Source: Nitrospiraceae bacterium
GTDB taxonomy: Bacteria; Nitrospirota; Nitrospiria; Nitrospirales; Nitrospiraceae
Direction of reading: 5' to 3'
Length of the DNA stretch: 64,000 bases
Assembly: GCA_050246315.1 (NCBI GenBank)
Contig: JBFWWG010000012.1
Location: 1-64,000 of the forward strand
A program made the translations under genes and the position numbers. Shown here one piece after another: positions 20,546 through 32,129 of the stretch; within the stretch, counting starts at the first letter, position 1, and the number at the start of each line of letters is the position of its first letter. Below the pieces are notes generated by a model. The model was not told the origin of the DNA, ran no database searches, and saw only the letters and a program-made list of their open reading frames with translations.

Positions 20546-21259
20546 TCATTCCCTGCCCGCCTTGGGTCGAACGCCTCGTAGGATGGCACATCCGAAAGTC
20601 CCCGCTATGAGTGAAGCGAAGAGAATGCCCATTTCCTCGGCGCGCAGATGGTCGGCCTGATCAATCGCCAGGCCGGCGAGAAAGAGCGACATCGTAAACC
20701 CGACCCCGCCACGCACCCGACCCCAAGCGGTTGCCGCCAGGACGCACCATCGGGCAGCGAGGCCGCGCCCGACCGAACGGCCATCCACGTTGCCTCCACG
20801 ATACCGATCGGTTTGCCGATCACCAGACCCAGCATGGTTCCGATGACAACCGGATGGTCCAGGATCCCGCCCGAATCGGCATTCAGCGAGACGCCGGTGT
20901 TTGCGAGCGCGAACAGCGGCAGCGGCGCCTGCTGCGGCGAAGCGAGTTCCCCGACAGGCAAATCGCGGTTGATCTCCAACCCAATGACAAAGAAGAACAT
21001 CGCCATCAGGCCGTCGTTGATCCAGTCCAACAAGGTTTCCGTCAGGACATGCAACCCCGCCGCCACACTCACGAACAATATCCAGCATGCGTGGTATGAA
21101 TCGGCCCAGGGCGAGTTGGCCCAGACCAACGCCACCAGCGTGGCGGCCAACCACAGCACGCCGCCCGAGGATTCGGCATGGACAAATTCGCTGGAACGGT
21201 TCCACAACCGGATAGATCAACGGGCTCTGCTGCGAAGCTGTCGTATCGAGGTTCGCCAT
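20546..21259 (-). pseudogene. nhaA: Na+/H+ antiporter NhaA remnant (frameshifts plus large internal deletion)
   Basis: Motifs spread over frames: ESSGG..L...ALVWANSP, WINDGLMAMFFFVIGLEI, PLFALAN.GV, GLVIGKPIGI, GVGFTMSLF; the central MATDIAF region is missing. Confidence 0.85.
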
Positions 21260-21337
21260 TGCCTCGCCATGATTCGACGGCGTAAGCCGTGACCTTCCCA
21301 CGGCGCCGAAACGGACCACGCATCGGATGATGAATGG

Positions 21338-22078
21338 TTACGGCGCCTCGACCAGATCGGTAGATTTAAAAGAAATGAAGAAAAAGAGGGTGTACTGGTT
21401 GTAGTAGGCCGTGCCGATCCACGAAGGCGTCGAACGAATGAAGCGTCCAGTGCGGCTGTCATAGAGATCCAAATACAATCGTACATGGGCCAATTGATCA
21501 ATTTCCTGATACAGCGTGAGCTGCGGGAGCGAAAACGGGATCAACACGCTTTGGACGGGTGGCATCCCGAAGAATGTGATCCCCTGATTCGTTCCCAACG
21601 ACTCCACCATGACCCGGGCGACATACGCCCTGTCGCCGGCCGCGCTGATAACTCGATAGCCCAGTTTTCCCAATCGTCCGGCTACGGCGTCGCGCACGTA
21701 CCCCAGGTCCCACGAGGGAGCATCGATAATCCCGATATACTGTTCCCCGTTCAGATTCACCTGCGCGTCGTTCAGATGCACCTGTCTGCGATCCGCATCC
21801 AGGCCGTTCACCTGGATCGCGACCGTGGCTCCTTCCGGCAGAGGCACATCGAGTTCGCCAACCGCCCGTCTCACCGATTCCGTCAGCAGCAGTTGTTCGA
21901 CCGCGCTCCGCGGGGTTCTTGAGACTTCCTGCGGCAACATGCACCCGACTGCCGCCAGGAGGGCCCCGGCCAGGATAACCGTCCACAGGCCGCTCGCCGT
22001 CGGACACCGCCGAGAGAAAGCCGTCTCGCGCTCCCACGAACCCCGAAAATCCTGGTACTCCACATCAGCCCTGTTCAT
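21338..22078 (-). CDS. Hypothetical lipoprotein
   Basis: Lipobox-like LAAVGC, TPRSAVEQLLLT; 246 aa. Confidence 0.7.
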   Translation of the reverse strand: MNRADVEYQDFRGSWERETAFSRRCPTASGLWTVILAGALLAAVGCMLPQEVSRTPRSAVEQLLLTESVRRAVGELDVPLPEGATVAIQVNGLDADRRQVHLNDAQVNLNGEQYIGIIDAPSWDLGYVRDAVAGRLGKLGYRVISAAGDRAYVARVMVESLGTNQGITFFGMPPVQSVLIPFSLPQLTLYQEIDQLAHVRLYLDLYDSRTGRFIRSTPSWIGTAYYNQYTLFFFISFKSTDLVEAP

Positions 22079-22197
22079 ATCGCGATCCTATTCATGGCAG
22101 AGTCGAGCAGCCTCGTCGAGTTTGGCCCCGTAGCGACGATTTCAGTTCACGGATTCGAGCAGCTTGATAGCCGACCACGCTCATCAGACACGATCCG

Positions 22198-22617
22198 TCA
22201 GCGCTTAACGGGATCTCGAACCTGCACCGTCCCCGAGGTGATCGTCTTTCCGCCCGGCAAGGCCGATTCCATTCGCAGATTGTACTTGATCACGCCGACC
22301 TTGCTGAAACAGGTCGAGACGGACTCATTGGGGCCGATCTCAGCCGAATCTCGCTTCATGCCCAAGAAATTGGAGAATCCGCGTTCGCAGGACAGGGTTT
22401 CCCGCAGATTGCCGCTTACCAAACCCAGGCGCACAGGCCAGGCTCGGTGATTCACCCACCGGACCTCATCGCCGACGTCGACGACCAGATCGGCTGGAAC
22501 AGGCTCCTTTTCGATATTCACCGTCTGTATCTCTCCGCTCCGCGTCGTCTTCGGGCCGGCGCAGGCCACAAGACTGCTCGCCACCACGACAACTGCCATT
22601 GCCGTGCGCGTCTTCAT
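22198..22617 (-). CDS. Cupredoxin-fold-like lipoprotein
   Basis: AGGAGGAGG RBS; lipobox LVAC; P..L.V.VGDEVRWVN...IGPNESVS..F...G...Y pattern; no Cys/His/Met copper triad visible. Confidence 0.7.
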   Translation of the reverse strand: MKTRTAMAVVVVASSLVACAGPKTTRSGEIQTVNIEKEPVPADLVVDVGDEVRWVNHRAWPVRLGLVSGNLRETLSCERGFSNFLGMKRDSAEIGPNESVSTCFSKVGVIKYNLRMESALPGGKTITSGTVQVRDPVKR

Positions 22618-22861
22618 TGCTATCCTCCTCCTCATTACTCTATGAGGTATCTTCATCACGCCGGGACCGCATCTTGGACACGTAGGAAGCACACGGTACT
22701 CCTCATTGAGTATCATCGTGTGATGAAATGGAGACCGGGGAAACTCCGACAGATGCGCATCCTTCTAGGATACCCCTGACACATTCGTCCTTGTCGCAAG
22801 CCACCGCGCCGCCGGTCGGCCCGGAGGATGACGAAGCCTCACGGAAGAGACCGTTGCACGA

Positions 22862-25800
22862 CTATCGGGATTCAGCCCGAGAGAACTCCTTCCGGGGGAG
22901 GGTGACCATATTCCCCAGCACATCGACAGCCCGCCGCGGATAGCCGGCCAAACCTTTCGCGAGGGATTCGACGGGAAGATAGCGGACATTGGGATCATTT
23001 AGCGACCCCGTGACCTCGAAGAGCGCCGTCGTCAAGCCCGGATGATCGCCCGCCCAGAACTGGCCGAACAGGGGAATCTTGCTCATCGTTTCGGAATAGG
23101 TTCCCAACGGACTCACGGCCACGGACAAACCGAGTTCATCCGCCACGAGATTGTGCGTTCCGGCCCCGCTGGCCTTGACGATGGGACTGTCGAACCGGAT
23201 GTCCTCGGATGTCAGAACCCCGTCCTTGATCGCGACGGTCGCCGCGATCGAATCGAACGGCACTCCGTCGCGGTCAAAGTTCACTTGACCCTTCAGCAGG
23301 GCCGACACATTGAGAATCTTCAGCACCTTGGGCATGATCTTCCCACGCAGGATCCGCCCGTCTTGGATTGTGATCGTGATCGGATCAAGGCTCTGCAGGG
23401 TGCCGAGGAAGGGTGAGCCTTCCTGCCACGTACCCTGCAATCGTCCCTCCAAGGCTAACAGCCCTTGAACGATCTCCTCGTTCGGTTCGAACAGCGAAAC
23501 CACTCGCTGGACCGGCACCCCGTCGAGATCGAATGAGCCGGTCAGGTCGATCCTCGACGGATCGCGGAAATCCAGCGAGGCTTCTCCGGTCACGGTGCCG
23601 TCTGTCGTGTCGCCGCTCAGGCGATGGAACTCAATCCGCCCTTCTCCCATGCGGAGGTGGGCGCTCAGTTCCCGAAAGAGCAGTTGGCGGTACCGAGCCT
23701 TCGAAACAAGGAGCCCCGCATCGACATGGCTCGAATGGGCCCAGCGGCGCAGCCGGTCGAGGAGCGGTGCGTCTCTCTCGGATGACTTCACCTGGTCTGT
23801 GTCGGATTGCGACAACAGCCCCCCCAGATCCAATTTCGACGATTCGACCGTGAGCACGATGTCCGGCACGTCCAGCACCCGCTTGACGAACCCCTTGATC
23901 ATGACGTCGCTCTTGCGGAGCTTGAACGAGATCCGCTCGATGTTAATGTCTCGCCCCGCCAATTGCACCCGCAGCGAGACGTCCTTCACCGCGTCCTTCA
24001 TCCGTTCGCCCTGGATCACGCCCTGTTTCAAATTGATCCACCCATAAAGGCGGGACGAGGCCCACTCCGACCACCGCCCCGTAGCATCGAGCGAGACCTT
24101 CAATATCCCCGCTTTGAGCGGACCGGCGGAAAACCCGCTCTCCAATCTCGCGACCGAGACCGGCCCCGCCGCCAGATGCACCGTGAATCCATGAGGCGAG
24201 GTCAGGCCGATCTTGCCCCTCCCCTCCAACCGCACGAACGGCAGTCGGACCTCGATTCGCGACAAGGTGAGTCGATCCGCTCCCGAGACACGGCCCTCGA
24301 AAGTCACGGCAGTGGGAACTCCTTCCGGCTTCTCAATGACGGGAGCCACCGCCAAACTCGCCTGGTCCAATTCGAGTACTCCTTTGAATCGGGGAGCCGA
24401 CCAACGGCCCTGCACGGTTGCCGTCGCGCGGACCAGCCCCTTCAAGGCCAGACCTGGATGGGCCGACGGCTCGAAGCCTGCCGATGCGAGGATGTCTTCG
24501 CCTTGTCCTTCCAGGTGAACCGTGACGTCATGCAGCTTCGGCAGCGGTTCGAGATCCGCTGCCCCTTTGGCCTCGAAGCGGACCGACCCGATCGTTCCGT
24601 GAACCTGACGGGCTTCGACGGCGCGCGGCGTCAGCATCACATCGGCCGAGAGCCGTTCGATCGGGCGCGGCAACCTCGACGACCGAACCTCCAGATCCTG
24701 TCCGGAAATCTCCGCCCTCACCAGCGTAACCGTCGGCTCCGGTGTAAGTTCCCCCGCCAGACGAACCGACAGCCGGAGTGCTCCCGCGGCCTCGTCGATC
24801 GTGTCCCGCAACAGCCGTCGCACATCGGCGTCGCCCGTTTCCCGCATGAGCTGGAGCAGCTCGCTCGCCTGCACGTCGCCGGCCACGTCCAGATCCAACG
24901 ACGGCGCCACCTGCACATGAGACAGGGTCATCGTGCCGTCGGAGATTCGGATCGGCCCATAGGCTCCCTTCAGGCCCACGAATTGAACCGTATGAGGATC
25001 AAATACCACCTTGCCCGACAGGTCTTGGAGCGGGACGCGGGCTTTCCCCATGAGCATACGGCCTTGAGACAATTTCAGGATCCCCTTCCACTCATCCACC
25101 TGAGATTCGCCGAGCCGTCCGCTCACCGTAGCCCTGACCACCTCGACCATTCCATCCCCTTCTTGCCGATGCAGCATGGTCCGGAATTCCGGATCGGCCA
25201 ATAACGCGGGAACATTCCGGAAGAAGGTCCCGAGCCGGAAAGGAGACGAGGACAAGGTCGCCGTATAGGTGGGATGATCCGTCCCGATACCGTGAATGTC
25301 GCCCTCCCCATTCAGGGCCAACCAGTCCAACCGCAGCTCAAACTGAGACAGAGTGAGGTCGTAGCCGGCCGGCCCCGGGGCAACGTTCACCCGGACTGTC
25401 ATATCCGTCAACCCTACGAACCCTTCTTGAGCCGCATCACCGCCAAACCATCGGGTCCATTCCCGCGTCGCCAAATCCTGCACCTCGACCCGGCCGGAGA
25501 AGGACACGTGTGCCGCTCGGGCGGTTGCCTCCGCGGTCCGTGTTTCCGCCGGGTGATCAAGGCCGGTCAGGGTTCCACCCAAAGTCACGGTCGAGGCCTG
25601 CTCCCCTCTGTGGACGTGTCCGGTCAATTGAAGGTCGGTTTCGTGGCCCACGGCATCCTTCGTCGTGACGAAATGGATATCCGTGAGCCGGAGCGACTCG
25701 GGAGCTTGTCCGCTTCGCTCCACGATCAGCTCGACCTCCCCTCCGAGGCACTCGACAGTCAACGGCAAGTGCGACAGCGTTTCTTCCGAGAGCCCATGCC

Positions 25801-26212
25801 GCTCCGGAACGGCGCCTGCCGTGCTTTCGAACGGCAGGCGCCACTGCCCCTCGGCATCACGGCGCAGCGTCACCCGCGGATTCAGCAACAGCAACTTGGC
25901 CAGTGCGAGTTTCCCCTGCAGCAACGGGCGGAGGGCCATCGCCGCCTCCAACCGCTCCGCGCGAAGCACCGGCTCCCGGAGAGTCGGATCACGCATCACG
26001 ACATCGAGCAGTTGCACCCGCGGTCGCGGGACAAGTCGAATACGCAGGTCTCCGGCCTCAAGCCCCGTCTCACTCGCAACCTGCCGCACGATCATGCTCC
26101 GCACCGATGCCAGGTTCAGCAGGGCCTGAAGCGATGGTCCGATGAGGATCACGAAGGCGAGAAGGAGAAACCAACGGGGAATGGACGGGGAAGAACGGCG
26201 AGGGTGCTCCAT
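22862..26212 (-). CDS. AsmA/YhdP-like large periplasmic beta-protein
   Basis: 1116 aa; N-terminal TM, AsmA-like N-terminus (PRVQLLDV...LRPLLQG...PRVTLRRDAEG.W), AsmA_2-like C-terminus (FDSI.AT..IKDGV...G...L...L.L). Confidence 0.85.
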   Translation of the reverse strand: MEHPRRSSPSIPRWFLLLAFVILIGPSLQALLNLASVRSMIVRQVASETGLEAGDLRIRLVPRPRVQLLDVVMRDPTLREPVLRAERLEAAMALRPLLQGKLALAKLLLLNPRVTLRRDAEGQWRLPFESTAGAVPERHGLSEETLSHLPLTVECLGGEVELIVERSGQAPESLRLTDIHFVTTKDAVGHETDLQLTGHVHRGEQASTVTLGGTLTGLDHPAETRTAEATARAAHVSFSGRVEVQDLATREWTRWFGGDAAQEGFVGLTDMTVRVNVAPGPAGYDLTLSQFELRLDWLALNGEGDIHGIGTDHPTYTATLSSSPFRLGTFFRNVPALLADPEFRTMLHRQEGDGMVEVVRATVSGRLGESQVDEWKGILKLSQGRMLMGKARVPLQDLSGKVVFDPHTVQFVGLKGAYGPIRISDGTMTLSHVQVAPSLDLDVAGDVQASELLQLMRETGDADVRRLLRDTIDEAAGALRLSVRLAGELTPEPTVTLVRAEISGQDLEVRSSRLPRPIERLSADVMLTPRAVEARQVHGTIGSVRFEAKGAADLEPLPKLHDVTVHLEGQGEDILASAGFEPSAHPGLALKGLVRATATVQGRWSAPRFKGVLELDQASLAVAPVIEKPEGVPTAVTFEGRVSGADRLTLSRIEVRLPFVRLEGRGKIGLTSPHGFTVHLAAGPVSVARLESGFSAGPLKAGILKVSLDATGRWSEWASSRLYGWINLKQGVIQGERMKDAVKDVSLRVQLAGRDINIERISFKLRKSDVMIKGFVKRVLDVPDIVLTVESSKLDLGGLLSQSDTDQVKSSERDAPLLDRLRRWAHSSHVDAGLLVSKARYRQLLFRELSAHLRMGEGRIEFHRLSGDTTDGTVTGEASLDFRDPSRIDLTGSFDLDGVPVQRVVSLFEPNEEIVQGLLALEGRLQGTWQEGSPFLGTLQSLDPITITIQDGRILRGKIMPKVLKILNVSALLKGQVNFDRDGVPFDSIAATVAIKDGVLTSEDIRFDSPIVKASGAGTHNLVADELGLSVAVSPLGTYSETMSKIPLFGQFWAGDHPGLTTALFEVTGSLNDPNVRYLPVESLAKGLAGYPRRAVDVLGNMVTLPRKEFSRAESR

Positions 26213-26617
26213 ACTACTTTGTAGATGAGAACCGATACTGATTCAGGCAGACGGCCCGTTCCCTCAGGCTCAGCTAAAAATCAATGCACAGCGGACCGCT
26301 AGAGCACCGCTCAGGGCCCGACCGTTGATACGGACCTTCCCGTCCGGTCGGATAGTCCCGCATAGCTGTCGGGTCTGGGTTTGAGCAAGGGGTTTCGCGA
26401 CGAGTCGATCCGATGACTCATCCTAGAGCGGGACATGAAGACTATTCAAGTGGACAGGTCAGGCGACCAGTGAGCCCTTCTGAATCTGGCAATTCATTTG
26501 GGGAATCGGACTTCCGCAGGTAAGATTGACCCCACGAGGCGGGCACCACGCGGGACGAGGGCGTCGTCGTTCCGTTCAGCACGATCCTTCACGAGACCCA
26601 GAACTCCAGCGCATCCC

Positions 26618-27532
26618 ATGCCGACCATGATCTCCATTGCCTCCGGGAAAGGTGGGGTTGGAAAGAGCGTGATTGCCGCCAATCTCTCCCTGTTGCTGGC
26701 GAAGAAGGGGAAGCAGGTGGTGTTGGCCGACCTGGATGTCGGCGGCGCCGATGCGCATGTCTTGTTCGGTCTTTTTCACCCTCCCGTGACCCTGACGGAG
26801 TTTCTGAACAAGCGCGTCGTACGGTTGGACGAGGTGGCCCAGCCAGTGGCGATCCATCCGAACCTGAAACTGATCGTCGGAACCGGCGATGCGCTGGCAA
26901 CCGCAAAGATGCCCTATGCGCGCAAGAAACGGTTGATCCGCCACTTCCAGGATCTTCAGGCCGACGTGGTCGTGATCGACATCGGCGCCGGCACGGGCTT
27001 TCAGGCTCTGGACTTCTTCCTGATGGCCAAGGTCCATCTGGCGGTGGCGACGCCGGACCCGACCTCGGTATTGGACCTCTATCGGTTTATCAAGCTCGCC
27101 GCGATCCGCCGGGTACTGTCCCACTTTCTGTCCCGTGATCCGATGACAGAGGCGTTGTCCGAACGGAACTTCAACAGCGTGCAGGAGGTGCTGGACACGG
27201 CCGGCCAGACCGACGAAGCCGGGCGGGCCTCGGCGGAAGCGGCCCTGTCCACCTTTCGACCCGGCTTGATCATCAACCGCACCGTTCGCCACACCCACGT
27301 CAACATCCTGCATCTCCGCAAGCTCCTTCGTGACTACGTCGGCGGGGACATGACCTTGATCGGAGAGATTCCCGACGACCCGGCCATGGAGCGGGCCATC
27401 CGCAGCTACCTCCCGGTCGCAGAGGCCTTTCCACAGTCCCCCGCCGCCAGGGCGCTTGAGCAGATCACCGAGAACCTCCTGCCCCTCCTGGCATCCCAGC
27501 CAGTCCCCACGCCTGTTCCTCAGGTGGTCTGA
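26618..27532 (+). CDS. MinD/FlhG-family P-loop ATPase
   Basis: IASGKGGVGKS, LADLDVGG, VVIDIGAG, TPDPTS. Confidence 0.88.
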   Translation: MPTMISIASGKGGVGKSVIAANLSLLLAKKGKQVVLADLDVGGADAHVLFGLFHPPVTLTEFLNKRVVRLDEVAQPVAIHPNLKLIVGTGDALATAKMPYARKKRLIRHFQDLQADVVVIDIGAGTGFQALDFFLMAKVHLAVATPDPTSVLDLYRFIKLAAIRRVLSHFLSRDPMTEALSERNFNSVQEVLDTAGQTDEAGRASAEAALSTFRPGLIINRTVRHTHVNILHLRKLLRDYVGGDMTLIGEIPDDPAMERAIRSYLPVAEAFPQSPAARALEQITENLLPLLASQPVPTPVPQVV

Positions 27533-27630
27533 GACTGTCAGCATCGTCTCGACCGCCCCTGTGCCGTCTCCGCATCGGTCTCTTGATCCTCATTTGACTT
27601 GGCCCACGGCAATCTTTAAGAATGGCCCCC

Positions 27631-28560
27631 ATGCCCGCGCGGATTGTCATTGAACGGCTGGAGTTCCAGACCTCCTGCGGCGTCACCGATCAGGAGCGTC
27701 ACATTCCGCAACCCATTGCGGTGGATGTGGAATTGGAGGGCCGACCCGAGAACGCCAGCGAGACCGCGCTCACCGACGATCTACGCCACACGATCGACTA
27801 TGCCCAGGTGGCAGCCCGGCTGGTCCAGGTCGGTACCGGCGCTCCGTGCCACCTCCTTGAGACCATGGCCGAGCGCATGCTCGCGACCCTGTTCGCAGAG
27901 TTTCCGGTCGAGGCGGCGTACCTGTGGGTGCGTAAGGTCCATCCGCCGGTCAAGGCCGTGCAGGGTTCGGTCGGGGTCCAGATCAAACGAACGAGGCAGG
28001 CCCATATGAATCAGCGACACGATCCGCTTCCCGCACGATTTTTGGTCGAACAACTCCACCGCCTTCCGCGCGGCCGCGCACTCGATGTGGCGAGCGGCGC
28101 CGGGCGCAATGCCATGTACCTGGCGGCCAACGGGTTCCAGCTCGACTGTATCGATCGGGACGAGCAGGCGTTGATCGCGCTCAATACGATGGCGCAGGAA
28201 CGGCATCTCGCGACCCTCTCGACCAAAACCATCGATTTGGAAACCGACCCGGTCCATATTCCGGATCTCGGAACAGAGCAATATGATGTCGTGTTGGTAT
28301 TCTTCTATTTGTATCGCCCGCTGTTTCCGCGCCTGATTCAAGCGCTGAAGCCGGGCGGGATGCTCGTGTACGAGACATTCACCGTTGCGAACCATCTCAA
28401 GCATCAACACCCACGGCGTCGAGAGTTTTGTCTCGAACCGAACGAGCTGATCGGCCTCACCCAGCCCCTCCAGCTTCTGTGTTACGATGAAGGGGAACAT
28501 GCCGGGAGCGACGGCGCCGCACCTCTCTGGACCGCACAGCTCCTCGCACAAAAGGTCTGA
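27631..28560 (+). CDS. folB: Dihydroneopterin aldolase (FolB) fused to a TehB-like SAM methyltransferase
   Basis: FolB motifs GV...ER...Q...DV, TIDY, LLET.AE, VRK..PP, then ALDVASGAGRNAMYLA...LKPGG..VYETF. Confidence 0.85.
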   Translation: MPARIVIERLEFQTSCGVTDQERHIPQPIAVDVELEGRPENASETALTDDLRHTIDYAQVAARLVQVGTGAPCHLLETMAERMLATLFAEFPVEAAYLWVRKVHPPVKAVQGSVGVQIKRTRQAHMNQRHDPLPARFLVEQLHRLPRGRALDVASGAGRNAMYLAANGFQLDCIDRDEQALIALNTMAQERHLATLSTKTIDLETDPVHIPDLGTEQYDVVLVFFYLYRPLFPRLIQALKPGGMLVYETFTVANHLKHQHPRRREFCLEPNELIGLTQPLQLLCYDEGEHAGSDGAAPLWTAQLLAQKV

Positions 28561-28574
28561 CGATACAAATCCGC

Positions 28575-29438
28575 ATGAGCAACCGAGCCCGCCGCATCGA
28601 CCTCCATCTGCACACGACCCATTCCGACGGAAGCCTGTCGCCGGCCGCCGTGCTGGCCCTGGCCCATGAGGCCAACGTCACCACACTGGCGATCACCGAC
28701 CATGACATTACGTCCGGCTTGCCCGAGGCGATAAAGACGGGAGCCGACTACGGCATCGAAGTCATTCCCGGCATCGAAATCAGCGCCCGCTATCTCGATA
28801 CCGAACTGCACATTCTCGGATATTTTCTAAACTGGGAAGATCCCCTGTTGAATGAGCGACTGGCCCACCTGCGCGCGAGCCGCCACCAACGGAATCCTCA
28901 GATCATCCAGAAATTGCAGGAACTCGGGCTGGCGATTACCTATCACGAGGTGCAGCAACTTGCCGGCACGGAATCGGTCGGACGTCCTCATATCGCGCGG
29001 GTCCTGATGGCCAAGGGCTATGTCTCCTCGGCCAAGGAAGCATTCGACCGCTACCTTGCGAACGGCGGTCCGGCCTTTGTTCCACGCGACCTGCCCGATC
29101 CGGCAACGGCCATTCAATGGATTCGTGAAGCACAGGGAATTCCGGTTCTGGCCCACCCAACCTGGGCGCCTGCAACCGGCGCCGCGCTCATCACATTGTG
29201 CGAGGACCTGAAAGCGGCCGGCCTCGGAGGCATTGAAGCCTACTACAGCACTCACAAGCCCAAGCAGACGGCCGAATACCTTCAACTCGCGCAACGCTTG
29301 GATTTATTGGTAACCGGCGGGAGTGATTTCCACGGATTCACGAAACCGGACATCGATGTCGGCACCGGCCGGGGGGATCTCACGGTGCCGGAGAAACTGT
29401 TGGAACCGCTGAGGCGCGCAGCGGCCGTGGCGGGCTGA
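28575..29438 (+). CDS. PHP-domain phosphoesterase (TrpH/YciV-like)
   Basis: DLHLHTTHSDG, AITDHD, GRPHIA, LAHP, TGGSDFHG. Confidence 0.93.
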   Translation: MSNRARRIDLHLHTTHSDGSLSPAAVLALAHEANVTTLAITDHDITSGLPEAIKTGADYGIEVIPGIEISARYLDTELHILGYFLNWEDPLLNERLAHLRASRHQRNPQIIQKLQELGLAITYHEVQQLAGTESVGRPHIARVLMAKGYVSSAKEAFDRYLANGGPAFVPRDLPDPATAIQWIREAQGIPVLAHPTWAPATGAALITLCEDLKAAGLGGIEAYYSTHKPKQTAEYLQLAQRLDLLVTGGSDFHGFTKPDIDVGTGRGDLTVPEKLLEPLRRAAAVAG

Positions 29439-29479
29439 CCGACAGAAGATCCGTGTTCAATCGGAGCGCTTCATCGATC

Positions 29480-29896
29480 ATGAAGATCGCTCTGACAGGA
29501 CGATGGCCCACCATGGTGATGGCCTTCACCATGGCGCTGAGCATCTCGCCTGTCTCCGACGCGGAGGCTGATGTCGTGGTGTTAGGAGGACAGGGCGGGA
29601 CCATCGGGACGATCGCGAATCGGAGCGGCAACACGATGGTCGCCTCTGATTCGCACAAGGCATTCGGCCCGGCTCAGGAGTGGAGACCTCCAGCATCGAA
29701 CCTCATCCTGCATCTCGGTCAATCACCACAGCGGACAAGCACACCCTTCGGGATACCGCCACCTCCTTCGAGCCTCACGCCCGCGCCGGTTCTTCCCTTT
29801 TATCCTCATAGTCCCTTGATGCCCGGATCCGCTGCGGACTCGGCGCCATTCACGCTCGGTGTACATGGAGCGACGGGCGGCTTTCACGGACGCTAG
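29480..29896 (+). CDS. Hypothetical Pro-rich secreted protein
   Basis: Signal-like N-terminus; fills the gap between convergent genes; no recognisable domain; start uncertain. Confidence 0.45.
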   Translation: MKIALTGRWPTMVMAFTMALSISPVSDAEADVVVLGGQGGTIGTIANRSGNTMVASDSHKAFGPAQEWRPPASNLILHLGQSPQRTSTPFGIPPPPSSLTPAPVLPFYPHSPLMPGSAADSAPFTLGVHGATGGFHGR

Positions 29897-29912
29897 CTCG
29901 GATTCTTCCTGC

Positions 29913-30500
29913 TTACAATTTCTCCGCCTGTTGTCTAAGCGCGTTCACTTGCTCATACGAGAGAATGGCGACCGGCCGGCGATTACGGTCCAAAATGGTC
30001 ACACCTCCATCGCGCGAGACTTCGGCGGAAAACAGCTCCTGTCCGTTTTGATCGACCAGCTTCAGATGACCACCGGCTTCGATCACCGTGCCGGTTGTCA
30101 CGACCACCCCGTCCCGCCGATATTCAACTCGCTTGGATGCCCCGTCGGAAATGAACACCACCTCGGTTCGCAAATCGCCGACGCGGACCGTCTTCGTGCC
30201 ATTGAACGACGACGTTTGGCTGACCTTCACCGGATTATGCCCGGTCCAGAATTCGATGGAGTTGAAGACAAGAGCGTCAGCCAGGGTGGAGAGTGGGTAG
30301 ACCGGCACGATGACCAGCGCCAGGAAAATGACCTCCTTCATCCATTTGACGCCGACCTCCCCGCTTCCCTTGACGTCACCGTTCCATTTATAGACGCTCT
30401 GCGTCAGGTTGAAAGGGCCGTAACAAGCGCTGGTCGTGGCGAGTAGAGCCGTCAGCACCAATCCCGTGACAATCGAGCGATTCGGACCAAACAGTTTCAT
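29913..30500 (-). CDS. DUF3332-family lipoprotein
   Basis: AAGGAGG RBS; lipobox TSAC-YGPFNLT...KW..E..F...PVY....AD.LVFNSIEFWTG.NP. Confidence 0.85.
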   Translation of the reverse strand: MKLFGPNRSIVTGLVLTALLATTSACYGPFNLTQSVYKWNGDVKGSGEVGVKWMKEVIFLALVIVPVYPLSTLADALVFNSIEFWTGHNPVKVSQTSSFNGTKTVRVGDLRTEVVFISDGASKRVEYRRDGVVVTTGTVIEAGGHLKLVDQNGQELFSAEVSRDGGVTILDRNRRPVAILSYEQVNALRQQAEKL

Positions 30501-30626
30501 CGACGTTTCCTCCTTACAGAATCCTGTAGAGCACGTGCTTGAATCTTAGCAACTCCTCGGAGAGGCGCCAGCAATTCATCCGTTCCAATGTCATCACCGT
30601 AGCTCCGTCGAAAACCGACCAAATTA

Positions 30627-30654
30627 TTGACTCTGCCCGACCCTCCGTTAGACT
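30627..30654 (+). promoter_or_regulatory. Candidate sigma-70 promoter for the kinase operon
   Basis: TTGACT-16 nt-TAGACT, ending 13 nt before ATG 30668. Confidence 0.45.
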
Positions 30655-30667
30655 GGGGCTGTTCTGT

Positions 30668-32113
<1,446 letters not shown>

Positions 32114-32129
32114 ACGTTGAGCTGTGACC

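Noticed and set aside
23807..26224. Long plus-strand ORFs (465 and 316 aa)
   Set aside because: Antisense shadows of the AsmA-like gene, typical of high-GC DNA.
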